Origin: a virus
DNA: 64,000 nucleotides
IMG/VR virus record: IMGVR_UViG_3300045988_159773
Direction: 5' to 3' (one strand)
Below the pieces are notes generated by a model. That model ran no database searches, was not told the DNA's origin, and saw nothing but the letters and a program-made list of their open reading frames with translations. Both the position numbers and the translations under genes were made by a program. Of the stretch, positions 1 to 7,975 are shown piece after piece; the stretch's first letter is position 1; each line of letters opens with the position of its first letter.

Positions 1-1215
1 TGCACTCTCCGATGCTTTCTCTCAGCCCCTCAATCTCGTCGTTGGTCTGATTTTCCTGCTTGAATTTTTGGATATTTTCATCCAACGGCTTCAACGACTC
101 AGCCAGAGCCGCGCCAGATTCCTGGAGTGCATTCAGCTCAGCGACCAACGAACCGAGTTCCTCCTCTTGCGCCGTGGTATCGATTGTGTGGGCGTCTGGT
201 AAAGGCTGCTTACACGTCGGGCAGTGTGTCGGCGCGTTCTTCAGCTCTTGTATGTGGTTCTGCAGTTTCGAAATCTCCGCTTTCTTTGCCGCGAATTGTC
301 CCCGCACTTCTGTCAGTTGCTTGTCCACCGCAGAACGGTCAGCCAGCATCGTCTCCATCGCCTTCATCGTTGCCTCAGAATGACGGACACGCGCCTCATC
401 TAGCTGCGTTGACAGCGAGTTGAGCGTCGCAGATTCCGCGTCCTTTGCTTCGGATAATGCAGTAAAGTTGGTGTTGAGTATTCCCAGCTGCTTCTCAGCC
501 TCCACGATGAACGCCGCAACCTCTGCCAGCTCCGCCTCGATTTCACTCGAATCGCGCAGAGAGTTTATCTTTTCCTGCGCACGCGAAATGGTAGTCCTGT
601 TTCCGTTGATTTGCGTGTCCAACACCACGATGTCCGTGGTCAGTTTGCCTACCTCAGCCTGCCAGTCGGTCTTGCGCTCCGCCAGCATCGTCTTGATTTC
701 CTCAATCATGAAAGACGAGTTGGTCAGCTCCTCCAAAATCTGCTTACGCGCAGACGGCTTGTTGTTTGTGAACGCATTCGGCATATTCTGTCCGATGATT
801 ACCGTCGCGCCAATAAAGGTCGGGGTGAACATCGGAAACTTCTGGCTGATGAGTTCCTGCGTCTCACGCTTGAGGTGCTTCGAAATGTTTACGCCACCCT
901 CGATAATCGTCAGCTCGTTCTCGCCGCGCACGATTTGATATTCCACTCCGTTGTGCTCGAAGTCGACCGCGACCCGACACACACCCTTGGTGTACATATT
1001 CTTCACGTCGTTCATAGACGAGTTGCCCTTAACCGTTTCTCCAGTAAGGGCGTACGACAACGCGTCGGCTATCGTAGATTTTCCCGAACCCACCGACTCG
1101 CTGAAATTGTCAGTGTTGTTCACGCCGTCGATTTTGACGAAACCGTGTCCGTCCAGAGCAACACTCATCCGCTCAAAAGATTTGAAATTTTCAGCCTCCA
1201 ACTTATCGAATCGCA
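1..1215 (-). CDS. sbcC: SbcC/Rad50-like DNA repair ATPase (T4 gp46-like); 3' end runs off the window
   Basis: My own minus-strand translation from ATG 1215 gives MRFDKLEAENFKSF...SESVGSGKSTIADAL (Walker A), then a long coiled coil with a CPTC zinc-hook motif. It overlaps the stop of the upstream Mre11-like gene. It is missing from the ORF track because no stop lies inside the window. Confidence 0.85.
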
Positions 1216-2189
1216 TCTGCAATCTCCTTCCCGTAACGCTCTTCGACCTCTTTGAAAAAGAGTCCGATATGGTCGACGGTCGTTGCTTCGTCGTTTTCGA
1301 CCTCTTCCGAACCCAGACCAGCACCCGCAACGTCCGATGTCAATATACGGCTCGCCACCAGATATTTGTCCGCCCACTCCTTCATCGCTGGCTTCAACTC
1401 CGAGTCCGTTTGAATGGCGAGGACGTACCTCTTTACCTTGTCGGACTCAACCGCCTTGCGAATGTCCCTGCACTTCGGCTGGCTCGTATCCATCTTGCCG
1501 AACACCAGCGCGAACGGATTCTCGATGAATTCGTATTTGTTAGTTTCGGTATCGTAGACCGCCACACCGTGAGGGTCAAAGTTCTGAGTAAAGTTCTGCC
1601 CGCACAGGTTGCCAACAACCTGAATCTTGTCGCTCAACGTCATTCTCTGATGGTAGTGTCCGTTGAACCACATCTTGATGCGCGGCTCTTTGTTGATTTC
1701 GTCAATGCGGTATCCAGCCTCTTCTCCCGTGCCGAACATGCCTACAAAGTCGCAGTGAGAGAACACCACCACCCGCTCCGACTGCGACAACTTCTTCAAA
1801 AGCTCCGACAGCGGAGTCGGCGTCTTCGTGTACGGTATGAATAAAGCCCAGCCGATGTCTTTGCCGAAATTCTTCAACTGCGGCTTCTCATAGATTACGT
1901 GAATGTCGCGGAAGTATTTCAGCAGAGAGTTCTGACCGTCCTGCTCGTGATTTCCCGTAATGCAATGCCACGAACGGTTGAACGGTATCGACTCCAACAC
2001 CGCTACGTCCTCAGCAGTAAGGTGTGATGTGTTAAACATATCTCCCAAATCCACATTGAGCGAATTCGGAATCTCCTCGCTCAGTTTGTTCAGCCATTCG
2101 AACGACCGCGCCAAAAACGGATAACGGTTGTCCACCAGCGACTCTCTTTTGCAGAAATGAATATCTGCCGAAATAATTATCTTTGCCAC
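1203..2189 (-). CDS. sbcD: SbcD/Mre11-like metallophosphoesterase nuclease (T4 gp47-like)
   Basis: Contains calcineurin-type motifs: ISADIHF, DLGDMFN, ITGNHE, FSHCD and NGHYH. GTG start at 2189 follows CAGGAGGAG. It sits immediately upstream of the Rad50-like gene. Confidence 0.85.
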   Translation of the reverse strand: MAKIIISADIHFCKRESLVDNRYPFLARSFEWLNKLSEEIPNSLNVDLGDMFNTSHLTAEDVAVLESIPFNRSWHCITGNHEQDGQNSLLKYFRDIHVIYEKPQLKNFGKDIGWALFIPYTKTPTPLSELLKKLSQSERVVVFSHCDFVGMFGTGEEAGYRIDEINKEPRIKMWFNGHYHQRMTLSDKIQVVGNLCGQNFTQNFDPHGVAVYDTETNKYEFIENPFALVFGKMDTSQPKCRDIRKAVESDKVKRYVLAIQTDSELKPAMKEWADKYLVASRILTSDVAGAGLGSEEVENDEATTVDHIGLFFKEVEERYGKEIADAIR

Positions 2190-2207
2190 AAACTCCTCCT
2201 GACAGCA

Positions 2208-2235
2208 AAATGAGTATGCCTTCGCATACTCATTT
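2208..2235 (-). terminator. 12-bp stem hairpin (AAATGAGTATGC-GAAG-GCATACTCATTT) between the lipoprotein and Mre11 genes; terminator or 5'UTR structure
   Basis: The inverted repeat was read directly from the sequence. Its 5' arm overlaps the TTTGTATAAA motif and it is followed by TTTTG. Confidence 0.4.
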
Positions 2236-2259
2236 ATACAAATCTCGTCGTATTTTCGT

Positions 2260-2634
2260 TTATTCTTCGGAAACCCGCGTCAAAATCATTACTGGCGTTT
2301 CCTTGCTGTACGCTGGATTGTACATCGTGAGCGTGTTCTTGTCTTCCGACAGATACGCCTCCAGCGGCACGCCCTCAACGATAACAGTGAGAATGTTGTT
2401 GTCCGCATCGTACGAGCCGTCGGTTACCTGACCTTTCTTCACCTGCTCGCCGTTCACAGTTTCCCATATCGTATACGTTACCGTGCGATCTTCTTTGATG
2501 ACCACCTCTGTCACCGTCATATGGAACTCCTGACGGAACGTTCCTACATAGTCTTTCTCGTCGCACGCCGTCAACGCGAACAGACAGCACACCGCCAGCA
2601 TAAGCGGCATAAGAATCTTTGCGAACTTTTTCAT
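2260..2634 (-). CDS. Phage-encoded lipoprotein
   Basis: N-terminus MKKFAKILMPLMLAVCCLFALTAC has a signal peptide and an L-T-A-C lipobox. The gene is preceded by GTTATTTTAATCAGGAGG. Confidence 0.75.
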   Translation of the reverse strand: MKKFAKILMPLMLAVCCLFALTACDEKDYVGTFRQEFHMTVTEVVIKEDRTVTYTIWETVNGEQVKKGQVTDGSYDADNNILTVIVEGVPLEAYLSEDKNTLTMYNPAYSKETPVMILTRVSEE

Positions 2635-2662
2635 AGTTTCATCCTCCTGATTAAAATAACGC

Positions 2663-3607
2663 TTATTTGAGAACGCCGAACAGGTTCAGCTCTTTGTCGG
2701 CTACGTATTCCTTCATTTCGGAATAAGGAATCACGCCGAACCGCTTGCCGTCTTTGAATACCTCGAGGTTCGTGTCCCCGATGATGCTCCACGCCGAGAA
2801 CCCGCATACCTTCTTGCGCCCGATGTTCTCTTTAGCAAGGTGCTCGAGGAACAGAGGAACCGTAACGTCCGCTTTCGAAATGTCCTTGCCGAACATCGCT
2901 CCCCCGCCGTGACTGAACAGTCCACACGAACCGTCGCACGCCAACTTGCGACCCGTAAGCCCGCAGTCCGCAAAGCCGTGGCACTTGTGCCAATCGCCCT
3001 TAGGATTGATAATCACCGTCGTTCCCGAACCCGTAAACGTGTGAATAAAGCTCTCGAGCGCGACTCGGTTTGGTCCGAACGCCACGTTCTCAAACGATGC
3101 ACAATTGATAGTAAGGTCGGTTACGTTGCCTTTGGTGTCCATGTTGAAAATGAACTTGCCGTCCGTGCGGTATCCCCACTCACGCAACACAGGCGCAGTG
3201 AGGGCGGCGCACATATCTTTCATGCGGCGAATCACTGGGCTGTAAACCTTGTGATATCCGCCGAAGTAAATGCCGTTGTCTCCCGTGCCGCTTTCTCCGA
3301 CAATGTCGTTGATTTCGCTGGACTGAATGTTGAGGTTGTTCATAATGACAATGCTGCGCATCTCTTCGGGAGTAAGCCCAATGTCATTGGTCAGAATGTT
3401 GCGCACCAGCGTCTCAACCTCGTCCGCCTTCCACTTCTTGTCCGTCTCGCCGTTCACTATAAACAGCTGATTGCCCCAGCAACACTCGATAGCGTTGCGC
3501 CCGCCCTTGTTAGCGTCGCATACCGTCTTCGACACGAGGTCGCATACCTTATCGGGATGACCGATAAGCACCAGCTCAAATGCTTTAAGATTTTTCGTCT
3601 TCGTCAT
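2663..3607 (-). CDS. metK: Compact S-adenosylmethionine synthetase (MetK family), 314 aa
   Basis: MetK signatures are in the canonical order: GHPDKVCD, AIECC..IVNGE, GTGDNGIYFG, RTDGK, ADCGLTGRKLACD and HGGGAMFGKDISKAD. It is about 70 aa shorter than bacterial MetK. RBS GGGAG lies before the ATG. Confidence 0.8.
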   Translation of the reverse strand: MTKTKNLKAFELVLIGHPDKVCDLVSKTVCDANKGGRNAIECCWGNQLFIVNGETDKKWKADEVETLVRNILTNDIGLTPEEMRSIVIMNNLNIQSSEINDIVGESGTGDNGIYFGGYHKVYSPVIRRMKDMCAALTAPVLREWGYRTDGKFIFNMDTKGNVTDLTINCASFENVAFGPNRVALESFIHTFTGSGTTVIINPKGDWHKCHGFADCGLTGRKLACDGSCGLFSHGGGAMFGKDISKADVTVPLFLEHLAKENIGRKKVCGFSAWSIIGDTNLEVFKDGKRFGVIPYSEMKEYVADKELNLFGVLK

Positions 3608-3893
3608 AACATACTCCCATAGTTTTGCTTGTTTCTACATCAAGGAAATTCTTGTCCACGAACAGCTCCTTGACAGGGATAGATGCTCCCATAATTCCAA
3701 TCGGGGTGACCGCGAAAGCCAACGCCCTGCCTTGCTCCATATTTACCACTTCCAGCTCCATCAATCCCTTGGCGTGCAATAGAGATTCCGCTGGATACGT
3801 CGTTTCGTCACCCACCATCAGCGTGCCGCCGTTCTTAAAATGGATTGATATGAGTTTAGAGCCTAACGCCCTAGCAATCCGTTCTACTTTCAT
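3585..3893 (-). CDS. Hypothetical protein
   Basis: Intact ORF. ATGA overlap with the upstream HNH gene stop, and a 23-nt overlap with the metK start. Confidence 0.5.
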   Translation of the reverse strand: MKVERIARALGSKLISIHFKNGGTLMVGDETTYPAESLLHAKGLMELEVVNMEQGRALAFAVTPIGIMGASIPVKELFVDKNFLDVETSKTMGVCYDEDEKS

Positions 3894-4312
3894 TTGGCTC
3901 TCCCATACTTCATCGAACGGCGCATTGCCCTCAACTCCTCTTTCTTTTCCTCTTCTTGATTATCCCAATTCCCTAAATAAGTCAGAAAGCGCAAATTAGT
4001 AAAGTGGTTATTCTTTCGATTCCTGTCAATGTGGTCGACCACCATACCCTGCGGCTTCTCACCAATCCAAGCCTCAGCTACCAGCTGATGAACATATACA
4101 GTTATTCTTGGCTTTTTGTCGTGCATTGAAAATTTAGCCTTTTGCAACCCCGCGAGTCGAACATCCCGTATATAGCACCAGATATAATTACCATCGTAAA
4201 AACGAACCTGCTTCTTAGTTTCGCAATCCCGTAACACAGTGCCACAGTCTGAAATCTCATAAAGATTCAACAAACTCGGAACAGACTTAAACGTCACTCT
4301 TCTCTCCCTCAC
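3890..4312 (-). CDS. HNH homing endonuclease
   Basis: Motif VHQLVAEAWIGEKPQGMVVDHIDRNRKNNHFTNLRF, with a NUMOD4-like N-terminus (YEISDCGTVLR). Paralogous to 5513..5914. AT-richer than the flanking sequence by eye. Confidence 0.8.
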   Translation of the reverse strand: MRERRVTFKSVPSLLNLYEISDCGTVLRDCETKKQVRFYDGNYIWCYIRDVRLAGLQKAKFSMHDKKPRITVYVHQLVAEAWIGEKPQGMVVDHIDRNRKNNHFTNLRFLTYLGNWDNQEEEKKEELRAMRRSMKYGRAK

Positions 4313-4553
4313 TTGCCGCCTCAGTTACATCAATGTAAAGAATATTCTTTGTATTGATGTACCGCGTGGAAAAATCGTTCAACGTCACCGTGAGAACGCT
4401 CTCCTGCTTGAGGAAATGGTCAAGCACCGTGTTCTTAGTCGGCTCGTCCAAGATTAGGGTCACGCCTTGCGCACCCAGACCGCCGAACAGATTCGACTCC
4501 TGACGGTCGAACAGAATCTTGACTTGAAACTGCTTTTGCTTTTTATCGCTCAT
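4287..4553 (-). CDS. Hypothetical protein
   Basis: ORF with RBS AGGAAGGAG before the ATG at 4553. Confidence 0.5.
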   Translation of the reverse strand: MSDKKQKQFQVKILFDRQESNLFGGLGAQGVTLILDEPTKNTVLDHFLKQESVLTVTLNDFSTRYINTKNILYIDVTEAASEGEKSDV

Positions 4554-4686
4554 CGCTTAACTCCTTCCTCACCGATTGATTGACACGCGCCCGCATAATT
4601 CTGGTGTAGACTTTCTTGCACGCACGAGGGCTCTTGCCCCAGATACGACAGGTCGAATTAACCGCTTTAAGATTTCGATGCTTCAT
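4543..4686 (-). CDS. Small basic hypothetical protein (47 aa)
   Basis: My translation: MKHRNLKAVNSTCRIWGKSPRACKKVYTRIMRARVNQSVRKELSDER. No SD. The ATG is 6 nt downstream of GCTATT (GCTATTTTAATT-ATG). It fills an otherwise empty gap. Confidence 0.3.
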   Translation of the reverse strand: MKHRNLKAVNSTCRIWGKSPRACKKVYTRIMRARVNQSVRKELSDER

Positions 4687-4700
4687 AATTAAAATAGCCG

Positions 4701-5513
4701 TTAGAACAGAGTTCTGTTCCGCACTTGAACTGGGTGCAGTACATATTGCAGATAAATGTCCTCGCGGTAGTTTGGAAAGTTCCTGTGCTCATAAAGTCGA
4801 ATACCTTTCTCCGCCGCACCCCAGTGCAAAATAAAGTCCCCGTTGCCGAACATCTGCTCGCATTGCAAGTGCAAATGCTTCATTGCCATATAGTCCACGT
4901 ACTGGCAGAGGTTCGACCCCGCAGTGATATCCACCTTTCGAGGTCCATACCGTGACACCAAGTATCCGCCATCACGCTCCTCTCCATTCGGAATCTCCAA
5001 AATAGAGTAGCCGACCAACTTACCGTCCAGCCAGAAGTACAACGTCTGCACTCGGTCGCGAACCTCAGCGAGGTGGTGCGCGAAAAAGTTCTTATCGTAC
5101 GAACTCGCAAGCCGCGCCCCGTATTTCTTGCCAGACGTGTTGTCCCAATTCTTTATGAAGTGGAATAGTTCCTCCAACGTCGGGGTGTCCTGCCTGATTT
5201 CAATTGCCGACTTACCCCAGCGGCGAACTTGATACGCCATATTGTAGTTTTGCGAGCGCGGATTGTCTACGAACTCTTTGTTGATTAAGGACACCTCGGC
5301 TGGCATCTTGCTTGCCGACTTGACCTCGGGTCGCTTTTCCGTTACGTAGAAGTACGAAATCTTTGTAGCCGTCGGGTCGTAGAAGTCTTTGTCATACGCG
5401 CGGATGTCTTTCGTGTCCATCTTGTTCGGATACATCACCATACGCTCGTAGTCAATCGCTGAGCGCATTCCGCTGACGTATCGAATAATAAGCTCATCTG
5501 CGTAAGTTGTCAT
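4701..5513 (-). CDS. GNAT-fold-like protein (possible FemAB/MprF-C-type acyl- or aminoacyl-transferase)
   Basis: WLDGKLVGYSILE ... HWGAAEKGIRLYEHRNFPNY resembles GNAT/FemAB-type cores. ATG at 5513 shares TAATG with the HNH stop and follows GGAGG. The track ORF begins at an upstream GTG (5525). Confidence 0.35.
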   Translation of the reverse strand: MTTYADELIIRYVSGMRSAIDYERMVMYPNKMDTKDIRAYDKDFYDPTATKISYFYVTEKRPEVKSASKMPAEVSLINKEFVDNPRSQNYNMAYQVRRWGKSAIEIRQDTPTLEELFHFIKNWDNTSGKKYGARLASSYDKNFFAHHLAEVRDRVQTLYFWLDGKLVGYSILEIPNGEERDGGYLVSRYGPRKVDITAGSNLCQYVDYMAMKHLHLQCEQMFGNGDFILHWGAAEKGIRLYEHRNFPNYREDIYLQYVLHPVQVRNRTLF

Positions 5514-5914
5514 TAAAACCTCCACTCTGCCTTGCGAACCCCACGCCGAGCATTCGCAACTATCTTTTGTGCTTCTACAATTCTCTCAGTCGAAACCCTA
5601 ATTGTTTCTTCTGAAATGTTCTTGCTGTTTTCGCTCAACGAGCAGTACCGCAGATTCGAAATATGGTTGTTTGTCTTGTCGCGGTCGATATGGTCAATCA
5701 CCATTCCTTCTGGGCGTTCACCCAAAAAAGCGAGCGCGACCAGACGATGAACAGTCGTGCGAACGTGGCGCACCCGAACAGTAAGGTAGCCGTCCGAATT
5801 GCAATCCTGCTTGTAAACATAATCTCGCTCTACGTCCCTAATGACTTTCCCGTCCTCCGAAACATCGAGTTGAACCGAACGCCCCAACTTGTTAACCCAA
5901 AAATCGATTATCAT
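5513..5914 (-). CDS. HNH homing endonuclease
   Basis: Motif VHRLVALAFLGERPEGMVIDHIDRDKTNNHISNLRY. Paralog of 3890..4312. Confidence 0.8.
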   Translation of the reverse strand: MIIDFWVNKLGRSVQLDVSEDGKVIRDVERDYVYKQDCNSDGYLTVRVRHVRTTVHRLVALAFLGERPEGMVIDHIDRDKTNNHISNLRYCSLSENSKNISEETIRVSTERIVEAQKIVANARRGVRKAEWRF

Positions 5915-7251
5915 CTCTTCACCACGTTCACAATCTTCCCGTCGTGATTGAACATCGACTCATAGGTATCCTTTATCAACTTCTTGCCTTCTGGCGAGTT
6001 GAAAATCTCGTCGACAAAACTCACCGCCCCTTGACATCCTTTCGCACGTGTCGCGATTTCTGTCGGAATAAGGTCGTTGAACGCAGAGCGCAACAGCCAT
6101 TTGTTCACGCGCTTGCCCTGTAACTTGCCGTCCTTGAATCTCGGCGGCACGTTGCTTGCGAACTCGAGAAACTCGCGGTCGCTGAATGGGTCGACGTACG
6201 AAATCCCGCCAGCGTTGAGCATAACCTTTACCGAACGGTTCGGATTAATCCACGCCTTGTTGATGAGTTTCGTTCTCGCGTCCACATACTGCTCGTCGCG
6301 CCACGACCACCGCTCAATCTGCGGATAACTTGCAAAAATCTCGTCGGACAGGTCACCGCACAGCGCGGTAATGAATCCGTCTTTGGCGGCGGCTTTGGCA
6401 AGATAGTATTGACCGACCGCGCTCGTGATTTGAGTCCAATTCGAGTCCTCGTTGAAATAGATAATCTCGTTGAGGTCAGCCAGCACCTGCTCCTGCGTCA
6501 CAATGACCTCGGTCAGCGGAATGTCTAACTCCGCCGCTGCCCGTCTCGCATAGTAAAGGTCGGCTTTGCCTTTGTCACCGACTGAGAACGTGTACGCCGT
6601 TATGTCGGGCTTGAACTTCTTCGCCAGAGCCGCACACACCGTGCTGTCAACGCCGCCAGAGAGGAACACGCACATCCCGTTGGTGTTGTTTACAATCTTC
6701 GCAACCGCCGACGTCAACAGGTTGCGAATGCTCGTCAGCACCGACTCATCAGTGCCATCGTCCGCTATCAGTTCCCTGCTTATGGTCGAGTAAGAGCCGA
6801 CGTAGAACATACCGTCCCGCATCGTAATATACTCGCCCATCCCCAGCAGTTTGACGTCCTTCAACGGCAAGCCGAAAAAGCATTTGAGCTCACTGGCGAT
6901 GAGAATCTTGTTGCCGAACAAATTCTTCTGGCGGTAGTAATACAGTGGCACGCGACCGAGATAATCCCCCACCACCAAAAGCTCTCTGGTCTTGGTATCG
7001 TAGTTGAGGAAACCCACCACCCCGTCCACATTGGCGAACGACTTGATGCACCCTGTGACCAGTGGTCGAAAGTCTGTGCCATCAAACAGAATCGAGTCGG
7101 ACACCAGAACGGCATCACCGTCCACCACCAGCTCGTCCCCGCCGATGACAACATCACCGACCATTTGCAGGTCATACGCACGCTTGTGATGGTTAATCTT
7201 TTCAAAGCGCAACGCAGTGTCATTAAAGCCTTGTGAAAATATCATTGACAT
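5911..7251 (-). CDS. Asparagine synthetase B-like ATP-dependent amidoligase with a degenerate, shortened glutaminase domain
   Basis: PP-loop FLSGGVDSTV and the AsnB-type GDYLGRVPLYYY motif are present. The N-terminus is MSMIFS, where AsnB has MCSIFG, so the nucleophilic Cys is replaced by Ser. Confidence 0.7.
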   Translation of the reverse strand: MSMIFSQGFNDTALRFEKINHHKRAYDLQMVGDVVIGGDELVVDGDAVLVSDSILFDGTDFRPLVTGCIKSFANVDGVVGFLNYDTKTRELLVVGDYLGRVPLYYYRQKNLFGNKILIASELKCFFGLPLKDVKLLGMGEYITMRDGMFYVGSYSTISRELIADDGTDESVLTSIRNLLTSAVAKIVNNTNGMCVFLSGGVDSTVCAALAKKFKPDITAYTFSVGDKGKADLYYARRAAAELDIPLTEVIVTQEQVLADLNEIIYFNEDSNWTQITSAVGQYYLAKAAAKDGFITALCGDLSDEIFASYPQIERWSWRDEQYVDARTKLINKAWINPNRSVKVMLNAGGISYVDPFSDREFLEFASNVPPRFKDGKLQGKRVNKWLLRSAFNDLIPTEIATRAKGCQGAVSFVDEIFNSPEGKKLIKDTYESMFNHDGKIVNVVKR

Positions 7252-7271
7252 AATTAAATCTCCGTACTCAT

Positions 7272-7306
7272 ATTATACCAAAAACGGTGGATAAAATATC
7301 CACCGT
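7272..7306 (-). promoter_or_regulatory. Terminator hairpin (ACGGTGGAT-N5-ATCCACCGT + TTTTT) directly followed by an extended -10 promoter TGGTATAAT
   Basis: Read directly from the sequence. It lies between the small Zn-ribbon ORF and the AsnB-like gene. Confidence 0.55.
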
Positions 7307-7312
7307 CGGTAA

Positions 7313-7426
7313 TCAAAATGGCTTCGACATCCAATTGCACCGCGTACAGCACCAACGCCGACCGTACGTGAATATCGTCTCGACAGTGTGAACCGTGCAG
7401 CTCGCACCGCATTTCGGACAGGTCAT
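7313..7426 (-). CDS. Small zinc-ribbon protein (37 aa)
   Basis: My translation: MTCPKCGASCTVHTVETIFTYGRRWCCTRCNWMSKPF. Strong RBS TAAGGAGGAGCT before the ATG. It replaces the R-rich track ORF 7254..7586. Confidence 0.45.
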   Translation of the reverse strand: MTCPKCGASCTVHTVETIFTYGRRWCCTRCNWMSKPF

Positions 7427-7435
7427 AGCTCCTCC

Positions 7436-7975
7436 TTAATACGAACGCTTGTCTGCGAGCGCGTCGTCCTTTGCCTTGTATTCGGCAATAAGGTCGGGGT
7501 TGTCGTACACGTTGCCCACAACCTCCAAATCGTCCATGACCTCGCGCGAAAGCGGCTTTAACGTTCCTTTCAGTAGAAACCCGCAAGGCAGGTACTCTTG
7601 ATACTCGTTTCGGCAGGTGACTTCATACGCCAGCACTCGGTCATTCCCGCCGTGGTCGTTGAAGTACCACAGCACGATGTCGCCGTCGAAAATCATTTGA
7701 TGTTTTCGGTCGACCGCGCCAGACCATTGCCGAATGGTTTCGGGTATGCAGATGTACGACATCATCACACCCTTTTCCTCTCGCTCGATGCAGTATTTCA
7801 GGTATGCTGGATTCTCTTCGGTGTTGCGGCGTTTGGTTAAGTAGCCGTAAACGTATGGGTCACCCGCGAGGAAACCCTCGGGGTCTTCCTGCGGCTCGAC
7901 AGGCTTGCCCTTGAACACGACAAAATCGGCTGCGATTTTCCGCTCGAACGGCGGTGTGATTAAATCAAGTTTCAT
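7436..7975 (-). CDS. YopX-family protein
   Basis: C-terminal VVGNVYDNPDLI is the typical YopX motif. Start MKLDLITPP at 7975 follows AGGAGGT and overlaps the upstream stop. Confidence 0.65.
   Translation of the reverse strand: MKLDLITPPFERKIAADFVVFKGKPVEPQEDPEGFLAGDPYVYGYLTKRRNTEENPAYLKYCIEREEKGVMMSYICIPETIRQWSGAVDRKHQMIFDGDIVLWYFNDHGGNDRVLAYEVTCRNEYQEYLPCGFLLKGTLKPLSREVMDDLEVVGNVYDNPDLIAEYKAKDDALADKRSY

Noticed and set aside
2663-3607. The MetK-like gene as a truncated pseudogene
   Set aside because: The ORF is intact and has its own RBS. It retains motif blocks from the N-terminal GHPDK through the C-terminal HGGGAxxGKDxSKxD, and it is tightly coupled to its neighbours. The shortening comes from distributed loop and C-terminal trimming, not from a premature stop.
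7254-7586. 110-aa track ORF between the YopX-like and AsnB-like genes
   Set aside because: It is R-rich and overlaps the 3' end of the YopX-like gene. A 37-aa Zn-ribbon ORF with a strong RBS, followed by a terminator/promoter cassette, explains the region better.
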